Part shown: piece by piece, positions 56,710-64,000 of the stretch
Numbering within the stretch: position 1 is the stretch's first letter
How the letters are laid out: each line of letters opens with the position of its first letter
Sequence record: PV662128.1
Reading direction: 5' to 3' (one strand)
DNA: 64,000 nt
Made by a program: the position numbers and the translations under genes
The notes under the pieces: generated by a model
What the model saw: the letters and a program-made list of their open reading frames with translations, nothing else
The model's database searches: none
Told to the model about the DNA's origin: nothing

Positions 56710-56800
56710 AATAAGATAGACCTACATTATCATTACAGAACCGTGAAGGGTGTCTCATTTTCTCTCACACCCTTCACTTTTTACTACGAGGAAATGCAAA

Positions 56801-57469
56801 ATGAAGACCGTTTTTGGTTTAATGTTCGTTCTTATCATGGGGATAAGTAATGCACTCGCATCCGTGAGTTCGTCTCAATCAGACTATCACTACTTTAATA
56901 AACAGAAAGGTTATATTTTTGAAGCGTCTAAACTAACAGGCGTCTCTCCTGAATTAGTCACAGCCATAGGGTCCATCGAAAGTGGATTAGGTCGTAATAA
57001 GGTCAACAAATATTCTAAAGTCAAGGGTGTGATGCAAACCACCAAGCGGACTTATAACTCTAACCTCAAGAAACACCACGAAAGACTAGGGTTATCTCCT
57101 AACGCTTCTATCAAAAATGATAGAGCAAATATCTTAGTTGCTACCGCAGCTTTAGCAGATAACAAACGTTACTTAGAGAAAGTCACGAATAAAGAAATCA
57201 CAGATGGAGATGTCTTTATCTCCCATCTGGTTGGTTTAGGTGGCGCAGCTAAAATAATCAAAGGCAAGCCCAACGCCCCTATAAGTCGTTATATCACTCT
57301 TCATAAAGGGAACATGCGACTCTATACTGACAAAGGACGGGTATTGACCGTGGCACAGTTTAGGAGGAGTATGGATCGGCTGGTAAAGAGAGAAAGCGCG
57401 AAGTATGCCGTGGTTATCAATCAGAACAAGTTGGATCGTTTGATAACAGCTGTCGCGTATAATCAATAA
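56801..57469 (+). CDS. Lytic transglycosylase (phiKZ gp144-like catalytic domain) with an N-terminal signal peptide
   Basis: Catalytic IESG, GVMQ, ANIL and SHLVGLGGA motifs. Begins MKTVFGLMFVLIMGISNALA-S from ATG 56801 after GAGGA (track start 56750). Confidence 0.8.
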   Translation: MKTVFGLMFVLIMGISNALASVSSSQSDYHYFNKQKGYIFEASKLTGVSPELVTAIGSIESGLGRNKVNKYSKVKGVMQTTKRTYNSNLKKHHERLGLSPNASIKNDRANILVATAALADNKRYLEKVTNKEITDGDVFISHLVGLGGAAKIIKGKPNAPISRYITLHKGNMRLYTDKGRVLTVAQFRRSMDRLVKRESAKYAVVINQNKLDRLITAVAYNQ

Positions 57470-57559
57470 ATTTCCACCGATCGAATCCTTTATATAGGAG
57501 GACGTTTACTGTGGGTTGAGCGTGGTAACTTAACCCACTCTTTTTAAAGAGGCAGTATT

Positions 57560-57817
57560 GTGAACAAGACAATGCAATTTTCCCTTAATGATAAAGGGGT
57601 ATTGGTACGAGACGACAACGGCAACGTTCCCGTTCAAATTATTGAAAATCAAACTGAGGACGGGCGTAAAACAGCCGCTATCGTATTCGGTGGAGAAACC
57701 CAAGGTTTCGCTTGTTTCGATTCTAATCAGAATAAACCGATAAGCGTAATCCCCTCCAAACCGTTTCAAGATCCAAATCTCGATGAATCGCTGTACAATA
57801 TTTGTAAAGCCATCTGA
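57560..57817 (+). CDS. Hypothetical protein
   Basis: 85 aa with a GAGG RBS and a terminator downstream. Confidence 0.55.
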   Translation: MNKTMQFSLNDKGVLVRDDNGNVPVQIIENQTEDGRKTAAIVFGGETQGFACFDSNQNKPISVIPSKPFQDPNLDESLYNICKAI

Positions 57818-57821
57818 TTTA

Positions 57822-57846
57822 ATAGGGGAGGTTCTTCCTCCCCTAT
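57822..57846 (+). terminator. Terminator-like hairpin
   Basis: ATAGGGGAGG-TTCTT-CCTCCCCTAT. Confidence 0.6.
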
Positions 57847-57876
57847 CCCTTATACCGCATTTTCGGAATTCTAAGA

Positions 57877-58287
57877 ATGAATAAAAATGAAATTATTGAC
57901 CTCCGTTTTGGTCGCAGCGAATTCAAAGTCAATGGGTATTTCGTAGCCTTTACCGCCGGTATGACTAAGCAATTCGGCAGGGTTGTTAAAATCGAATTTA
58001 AAATTAAAAACACCGCCTCTCGTTTTAGGCTGATTGCTCATGCATTGACAGTTATTGAAGAAACTGATCTCATTCTTTTGCATGGCGGAGATTCAAATAT
58101 TATGGAATTTGTGCTCGACGCTTGTGAGCAAAGCAAGAGTCTTGTTGAATACGGCGGTGAACAGTTCGAAGCCTTTAATGTTTTGGAACGTGCTATCAAA
58201 GAAGACCCCGTTAATTGGGAACGGATGTTAAGTAAAGTACAGTCGTCCTTGTTAACTAATAGTCCTTTGAAACAACATTATCACTGA
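57877..58287 (+). CDS. Hypothetical protein
   Basis: 136 aa ORF on the coding strand. Confidence 0.55.
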   Translation: MNKNEIIDLRFGRSEFKVNGYFVAFTAGMTKQFGRVVKIEFKIKNTASRFRLIAHALTVIEETDLILLHGGDSNIMEFVLDACEQSKSLVEYGGEQFEAFNVLERAIKEDPVNWERMLSKVQSSLLTNSPLKQHYH

Positions 58288-58306
58288 CTTTAGATGGGAG
58301 TGCGCT

Positions 58307-58777
58307 ATGGAAACGACGGTTGCTTCAGAGATACCATTAGATCAGACCCCTCAGTACGCAGACGATGTAGAGTGCGTGGATGCGTATATTTTTGAAACCG
58401 ACGAAGACGGTATAGGGTTAGAGATCGCATTATTCTCTCCCCTGCCTGATAGCTTTACTCCCGTATTAAGGATAGCCCTGGTTAAACTCGACACAGCCAT
58501 GCCAATTGCCGGTATAGAAGGATTATTCCGGGATCTCGATCAAGGATTCGTCAACGATTACATGACCGGGTATTTGGAAGATGACTTCGAACGTTTCTTC
58601 ATTCACCTAGCGGAACATCTAGAACAATGCGGGGAAATAACACACCCTGCAATCGTTAGGTCAATTGAGGAAATAGCCTGCATGACTGAAATCTACGACC
58701 TAAAGGATTTCAGAGAGTTCATTTACGGCGTAACCGTTATGGTTAAACTCTTTAATCCAGAACCCACCATCCACTAA
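58307..58777 (+). CDS. Small, highly acidic hypothetical protein
   Basis: 156 aa with a GGGAG RBS; about 32 D/E versus 8 K/R by hand count. Confidence 0.65.
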   Translation: METTVASEIPLDQTPQYADDVECVDAYIFETDEDGIGLEIALFSPLPDSFTPVLRIALVKLDTAMPIAGIEGLFRDLDQGFVNDYMTGYLEDDFERFFIHLAEHLEQCGEITHPAIVRSIEEIACMTEIYDLKDFREFIYGVTVMVKLFNPEPTIH

Positions 58778-58785
58778 AGGTTTTT

Positions 58786-59412
58786 ATGGACACCAAATCC
58801 CCGGATTTTTATTTTGATTTAGACGACACCCTGACCGGCACCAACCCTTATTTATATCGCCGCGCTAAAACGTTTACTAAGCTGAATGGAGAACATGACG
58901 TTCACGACGTTCTCGTTCAATCAGAAAAGAATGGATTAACGACCCTACAACTACCTAAACCAATAGGCGATTACATTTTTACCCATTTCCTGGAAGACGG
59001 TAACTTTATGTTATCGGTTAACCGGTCTCCGTTATTAGAAGGGAATCTGGACGCTTTTATTTGCTTGCTCAAAACAATAAAAGCTAAAGGTGGAAAGGTA
59101 GGTGTTTGTACCCATCGCGGGTTTCATCCCAAAGCTAAATCTTACTCCGAATATTGGCTAGATACTAATATCGGAATGAAGCATTTTGACGAAGTCCACG
59201 TCCTCGACCCCAAGGTTCATCCTGATAAGTTGAAGTACCTCGAGACCCAGTCAGAATCCTTTAAGTTGGTTGACGATAATCCGTTCCATGATTTGAACAA
59301 AGTTCATCCCAGGGATAATCGAATCTTGCATTATAACGGGATTTCCGATTACTCAGGTTACCGCTTTCAACGCAAAGTCAAATCCGTTTCTGATATCATG
59401 CAATTGCTTTAA
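58786..59412 (+). CDS. HAD-superfamily phosphatase (5'(3')-deoxyribonucleotidase-like)
   Basis: Motif I FDLDDTL, motif II CTHRG, motif III Lys (PDKL) and motif IV LVDDN. Confidence 0.8.
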   Translation: MDTKSPDFYFDLDDTLTGTNPYLYRRAKTFTKLNGEHDVHDVLVQSEKNGLTTLQLPKPIGDYIFTHFLEDGNFMLSVNRSPLLEGNLDAFICLLKTIKAKGGKVGVCTHRGFHPKAKSYSEYWLDTNIGMKHFDEVHVLDPKVHPDKLKYLETQSESFKLVDDNPFHDLNKVHPRDNRILHYNGISDYSGYRFQRKVKSVSDIMQLL

Positions 59413-59426
59413 ATTTAAACGATGCC

Positions 59427-59456
59427 TACTATCTCTTGGGAAACCAAGAGATAGTA
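59427..59456 (+). terminator. Terminator-like hairpin
   Basis: TACTATCTCTTGG-GAAA-CCAAGAGATAGTA (GNRA loop). Confidence 0.7.
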
Positions 59457-59490
59457 AAACCACTATTTTTGCATTTAGGAAATTTTTACC

Positions 59491-61395
59491 ATGAGAGAGC
59501 AACTAGCTGAACAAATCAAGTATCATAATAAACGTTATTTTTTAGATAACGATCCGGAAATATCCGACGATCAATACGACGAATTAAAACGGCAATACGA
59601 CGCGTTGGGTGGTAATAAAAGTTCCTCCCCCATCTTGTTAGACATGGAGGGGAGTGCTCTGCACAAGGTAGGGTTAGATATCCCCATGTTATCTTTATCT
59701 AAGAAATTGAACTTATCGGAATACGAAGCCTGGGAATCCGATTACGAAGATAAGGATAAATATCATTCTTACAAACTGGACGGTCTGGCGATTGAAGCCT
59801 GTTATGAGTTTGGTTTGTTAACTAAACTCCGTACACGAGGAGATGGGCTAACTGGCGAAGATATCTTAGACAATGTCGGGGTCTTCTCACCAGATCACCT
59901 CCCTTTAGAAAATCCGGCTTTAAAGGACTTCCACCGGGTTTGGTTACGAGGGGAAGGGTACGTCAGACTGGACGATCTGGTTGTTATCAATGAGATCAAC
60001 GCCAAGACTTATCCCAATTGTCGTAGTGCGGCATCGGGTCTTATTCGCAGGAATCCAAAAGACAACGCGGATCTGGCAGGTAAGATCTCCTACAACGTTT
60101 ATTGGTGTAGTGAGCGTTTCGGTTTAGAGACTTACTCCGCCGTTATGGATAAACTCCGTGACTTCGGTTTCAGTACTGCGCCGGAATGTCAGTATGAAGA
60201 CATCGTCAATAATAACCGCCCGCCCCTTCTTCCTACTGATGGGATCGTTTCTGTTATAGATAGTTTTTCTGATCAAGACGAATTGGGTTCGACTAATGAA
60301 TACCCTCGCTGGGGTGTTGCTTATAAGTTCCCTCCAGAGCAAGCGGAAACCATAGCTGAAAATGTTTCGTGGGAAACGGGTAGAACAGGTCGGGTCACCC
60401 CTGTTCTCACCTATAAGGCGGTCACATTAGGTGGCAACACAAATACGGAATGTTCTTTGTTTAATTATCGTCACTTTATCAAAACGGGTGTACGTAAAGG
60501 AAGCCGGATTATCATTGCACGTAACGGTGACGTCATTCCTTATTTCGTTAAGGTTGTGGAAGCCGGATTAGGCGATGAGTTTAAAACCCCTAAAGTCTGT
60601 CCGTCGTGTTCGTCCATCCTGATGTATGAAGGGAAAGACGAGAAGAACATCTTCTTAACCTGTAAAAATACCGCGGATTGTCCAGCGCAGCATATCCAGC
60701 GATTCATTAATTTTGTCAGTCGTAAGGGATTGGATATCAAAGGTTACGGCGATAAGATGATGGAGAAGCACGTCGGGGAAGGGAAAGTCAGTATGCTTTC
60801 TGACATTCTTAACTTAGGAGAAATCCTTTCAGGGGAGGGTTTGGATAGGAATACGGAGAAAGTTATTGAGAAACTTAATAACTTAGGAAGTTACCCGGCG
60901 TATAAAGTGCTGGGGGCTTTAGGGATTCCCGGTGTCGCCGAAGGAACAGCTAAACTCATCACTGCTCGAGTCAGTAGTGTAGAAGATCTGATCACTCTAC
61001 TCAAGGACGTTAATCGTTTACTGGAGATTGAGGGCGTTGGGGTGAGTACCGTAAATGAGATCCAATCGTTTTTAAGTAACCCGGTCGTCCTTACGGATGT
61101 CGAAAACGTACTGAATAAACTCACGTTAACATTTGAAAAAGGGCAAGAACACGATATCAAAGTTTGCGTTACCGGAGGGTTATCCATTCCGCGAAAAGCA
61201 GCAGAAGAGTTGTTCAATCTTTCTGGGATTGAGTTACTGGACGGTGTAACTAAAAAGATGGATGTTCTCGTCTTCGCACCTGGAGGGAGTCAGGGTAAGA
61301 AGGATAAAGCTATCGCCATGAATAAAGTGGTTATAGAAGCAACCGACGTTCACACTGTAGAACAAATTATCGATCAAATATTAACAGCCATTTAG
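59491..61395 (+). CDS. ligA: NAD+-dependent DNA ligase
   Basis: Domain Ia (HNKRYFLDNDPEISDDQYD), PMLSL, KLDG adenylation motif, RGDG, DGIV, YKFP, GRTGRVTP, GDVIP, a C4 zinc finger, HhH motifs and a C-terminal BRCT. Confidence 0.95.
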   Translation: MREQLAEQIKYHNKRYFLDNDPEISDDQYDELKRQYDALGGNKSSSPILLDMEGSALHKVGLDIPMLSLSKKLNLSEYEAWESDYEDKDKYHSYKLDGLAIEACYEFGLLTKLRTRGDGLTGEDILDNVGVFSPDHLPLENPALKDFHRVWLRGEGYVRLDDLVVINEINAKTYPNCRSAASGLIRRNPKDNADLAGKISYNVYWCSERFGLETYSAVMDKLRDFGFSTAPECQYEDIVNNNRPPLLPTDGIVSVIDSFSDQDELGSTNEYPRWGVAYKFPPEQAETIAENVSWETGRTGRVTPVLTYKAVTLGGNTNTECSLFNYRHFIKTGVRKGSRIIIARNGDVIPYFVKVVEAGLGDEFKTPKVCPSCSSILMYEGKDEKNIFLTCKNTADCPAQHIQRFINFVSRKGLDIKGYGDKMMEKHVGEGKVSMLSDILNLGEILSGEGLDRNTEKVIEKLNNLGSYPAYKVLGALGIPGVAEGTAKLITARVSSVEDLITLLKDVNRLLEIEGVGVSTVNEIQSFLSNPVVLTDVENVLNKLTLTFEKGQEHDIKVCVTGGLSIPRKAAEELFNLSGIELLDGVTKKMDVLVFAPGGSQGKKDKAIAMNKVVIEATDVHTVEQIIDQILTAI

Positions 61396-61405
61396 GAGAA
61401 AAGCA

Positions 61406-61732
61406 ATGCGAATTATTAAAATTGTAACTGTTTTTGTAGATGCGACTATGGAGGAGATCAAAGCGATCGTAAAACAACACGTCGATCGTAATTTATACGA
61501 AGATCATATCCTCGAATACAAAGAAGGTTCGGCTGTTTTCTTGGTTGCCGAAAACCAAGCTGGATTGGTTGCGACCTCTTTGCAAGGCGCTTTCGATAAT
61601 TCGGAATACATGCCTCGCTCTACGTTAACGGATACTGACAAGGGATTGATCGTATTGCGTTACACCAAACTCACTGGGGACCTGCGCGCTTCTAACGGTA
61701 CTCGTAATCAAGCCAAAGCCATGTTTAACTAA
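61406..61732 (+). CDS. Hypothetical protein
   Basis: 108 aa with an AGGAG RBS. Confidence 0.65.
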   Translation: MRIIKIVTVFVDATMEEIKAIVKQHVDRNLYEDHILEYKEGSAVFLVAENQAGLVATSLQGAFDNSEYMPRSTLTDTDKGLIVLRYTKLTGDLRASNGTRNQAKAMFN

Positions 61733-63025
61733 TTGGATATCGACAAAATGACCAAAGAAACTAAAGTAGAGAACAAATCCGACGTTACCCTTTCCGCAGA
61801 TAAACAAAAAGAGGTGAATGGATTTAAGATTCGAGAGAAACAAACGCGGGTCGGTGGCTCTAAGAGCGACTATCGTTTGGTAGTCGACGGAGAGGATAGA
61901 ACTTCGGAATTGGTTGACGTTGAAGAACCCAAACTCACCGAAATCAAACTCATCCTTGGGGTTGGTGGTGGACGTTATAAAAATGAAGGTAGCTTAAAAA
62001 ATCTTTTTGAAAAAGAAGGCGTTGAATTAAAAGAATTTACCTTTAAACATAACGGTAAAGATCTCAGTGTCATTTTAAGTAAGGGATCGCGCGTAACGTT
62101 GAATCTTAATTCTAAAAATCGGATGTACTTCCTCGATGAAGAATACGATAACCGCGAAACGTTCGTCAGAGACTATCGATTGCAAGGACTCTTCCATCCG
62201 TCTTTTGCTTGGGGTGAACGCAAAGATTTTGACAGTATGTTAGTGGTTCTTAATTCCGTCGTCGAATTGAAATACGTCAGAGGCGTCAATCTTGTTATCA
62301 ACCAAGATATCTCTGAGGGGTCGCTGACTTCTTCTTACATCTATAACAATTGCCAGCGTGAATACATCAAGCTCAAAAACCCCACCGTCTACTATTCCGA
62401 AATAGAAGAAGGAAATCTGGGCGATCATTCATACATCGGAAGAAGTGTGCTGCGCGATAGTTCTGTGATGGGTAAACATATCTCGATCACTAACTCAGCT
62501 TTGGTGGAGACAAGGATTGACTCTGAAGCCGGATTGAATGCTTCTCAAATACGTCTGAACCGTTCTAATATCAACTGTTTGAAAGGAAAGGTTAACTTTG
62601 ACGGAGGTTCTTTTAAAGAATACTCCGACCTGAATATTGGGACGGTAAATGACATTTTTATCAAACGCAAAGTTGACGTGCTGGAATACTCCATTGGTAA
62701 TATCACCCTGGTGGGGGTTCGTAAAGGTACCGTTTACCCCCGTTCTATCGATGACGAGAATGGTGTTGAAATGATCATTTCGATGCCTTATCGCTACGTC
62801 GATAATGCTTCAGAAATCATTGTTAGAGATAAAGATACTCGCAGCGAAATCTCAGCTAAGGTCGCTAAGCTCATTTTCAATAGAGACGTCGATAAGATCA
62901 TTTATCAGGGTCCGTTCCAGAGTAACACCGTGGAGTCGACCATCGTAGAATCTTTCTCCGACGCCATTATGTCCCGTCTTCGTCTGCTGACGATGATTGA
63001 TGCGGCTTTACACGTAGGAATTTAA
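61733..63025 (+). CDS. Hypothetical protein with a possible central beta-solenoid (start uncertain)
   Basis: 430 aa with S-x-I/L periodicity in the middle third. Confidence 0.6.
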   Translation: MDIDKMTKETKVENKSDVTLSADKQKEVNGFKIREKQTRVGGSKSDYRLVVDGEDRTSELVDVEEPKLTEIKLILGVGGGRYKNEGSLKNLFEKEGVELKEFTFKHNGKDLSVILSKGSRVTLNLNSKNRMYFLDEEYDNRETFVRDYRLQGLFHPSFAWGERKDFDSMLVVLNSVVELKYVRGVNLVINQDISEGSLTSSYIYNNCQREYIKLKNPTVYYSEIEEGNLGDHSYIGRSVLRDSSVMGKHISITNSALVETRIDSEAGLNASQIRLNRSNINCLKGKVNFDGGSFKEYSDLNIGTVNDIFIKRKVDVLEYSIGNITLVGVRKGTVYPRSIDDENGVEMIISMPYRYVDNASEIIVRDKDTRSEISAKVAKLIFNRDVDKIIYQGPFQSNTVESTIVESFSDAIMSRLRLLTMIDAALHVGI

Positions 63026-63028
63026 ATC

Positions 63029-63634
63029 ATGTTAAAAATTCGTTTCGAAGAATTAAAAACGTTTAACAAACTCATTGTTAACGACTTTACCATTAAGGTC
63101 GATAAAGGCCACGAGAACCTCCCAGCCGAGCTTTACGAAGGTAAGATGCTCATCGCTACCATACCGACAACAAAATCGTCCTCAGGCGTTCCTATTAAGC
63201 CTATGGGGTTATTCCCGTTCGTTACTTTAATGGCCATGGGTGGGGCTATTATCAGTCAACAGAAAGAAGGGGTCTTTGATAAACTCCAGGGTTTATCCGA
63301 AGAGATCTTTTCTCAGGTAATTCATCGTCAAACGATGGGGGAACAGTTCTGCGACGATCCTAAGAATCACAAGTACCTTCGTGTGTGCTTGGATAATGGG
63401 GCGTGGTCAACTGAGAAGGAAATCCAACCCGGTATTTTTGTGAATAACGAGTTTTACGTGTCGTCCAACGTTAATTCGAAAAATCAACGTTTTATGAAGG
63501 TTATTTCTATAACCGACGTCGCCTCCCCTAATCGTAAAAATATCGTTAGGCAGGAACTCCGTCAGGTTTACGTCTTCACTGTACCGTTTGGGGAATTCGG
63601 ATTTAAACACGAATTGGTCCAGTCGATTAAGTAA
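63029..63634 (+). CDS. Hypothetical protein
   Basis: 201 aa with an AGGA RBS. Confidence 0.6.
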   Translation: MLKIRFEELKTFNKLIVNDFTIKVDKGHENLPAELYEGKMLIATIPTTKSSSGVPIKPMGLFPFVTLMAMGGAIISQQKEGVFDKLQGLSEEIFSQVIHRQTMGEQFCDDPKNHKYLRVCLDNGAWSTEKEIQPGIFVNNEFYVSSNVNSKNQRFMKVISITDVASPNRKNIVRQELRQVYVFTVPFGEFGFKHELVQSIK

Positions 63635-63641
63635 CGTTGAG

Positions 63642-63663
63642 AGGGGAGATTAAGTTCTCCCCT
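63642..63663 (+). terminator. Short hairpin, possible terminator
   Basis: AGGGGAGA-TTAAGT-TCTCCCCT. Confidence 0.45.
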
Positions 63664-63686
63664 ATTTAACCAACGAGGATAAGATC

Positions 63687-64000
63687 TTGGATCAAATTAT
63701 TATCTACACCGATGGCAGCTGTCTTGAGAATAGCGCTGCCGGAGGGCCAGGTGGGTGGGCGTACATTATCGTCGGTAAGGATGAAAAATATACAATAGAA
63801 CAAAACAAAGGTTATTTTAAAACCACAAATAACCGAATGGAAATGATGGCGTGTTTAGAAGCGCTATTGGAGTTCGATTACCCGAAAAGAATTATCGTTC
63901 ATACCGACAGTCAATATCTCATCGATGGGATGACTAAATGGATCTACGGTTGGAGAAAAAGGAATTGGGTGACGGGTTACGGGGAAGCAGTTAAAAATAA
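63687..64000 (+). CDS. rnhA: Ribonuclease HI, truncated by the window end
   Basis: Missing from the ORF track. A TTG start after GAGGA translates as MDQIIIYTDGSC...GPGGWA...TTNNRMEMMA...HTDSQY...W...W, carrying the canonical D, E and D catalytic motifs. Confidence 0.95.
   Translation, partial: MDQIIIYTDGSCLENSAAGGPGGWAYIIVGKDEKYTIEQNKGYFKTTNNRMEMMACLEALLEFDYPKRIIVHTDSQYLIDGMTKWIYGWRKRNWVTGYGEAVKN

Noticed and set aside
1-64000. CRISPR array, tRNA or rRNA genes
   Set aside because: No regularly spaced direct repeats with unique spacers and no cloverleaf/T-loop signature were seen in the short intergenic regions. The repeated hairpins are single and dispersed. A tRNAscan run would be the definitive check.
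1-64000. Stop-codon reassignment (alternative genetic code)
   Set aside because: Genes tile densely under the standard code, and TAA, TAG and TGA all terminate genes right before the next RBS or terminator.

Overview
This is a 64-kb stretch of a phiKZ-related (Chimalliviridae-type, nucleus-forming) jumbo myophage genome. The NAD+-dependent ligase and enterobacterial-style codon use in the highly expressed genes hint at the EL/OBP-like branch and an enterobacterial host (inference). From left to right it contains: a block of inner-head/virion genes carrying G-x-E maturation motifs (1-15073); a secreted periplasmic protein; a DnaB-like helicase; the major capsid protein; a solo, catalytically intact TnpB with an omegaRNA-like 3' region; a non-virion RNA polymerase beta-type subunit; an insulated cassette of three paralogous glycine-zipper membrane proteins; the probable portal and baseplate genes; RuvC, a holin candidate and overlapping spanin candidates; a beta-helix tailspike plus three paralogous large tail-fibre-like genes; a central spike; an SbcC ATPase; a signal-peptide lytic transglycosylase; a HAD phosphatase; an NAD+ DNA ligase; and RNase HI (truncated by the window end). 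A family of strong GC-rich intergenic hairpins punctuates the window. I saw no tRNA, rRNA or CRISPR array. Orthologue assignments to phiKZ gene numbers come from remembered motifs and gene order, not from a database search. Top leads: the solo TnpB/omegaRNA locus and the glycine-zipper trio.
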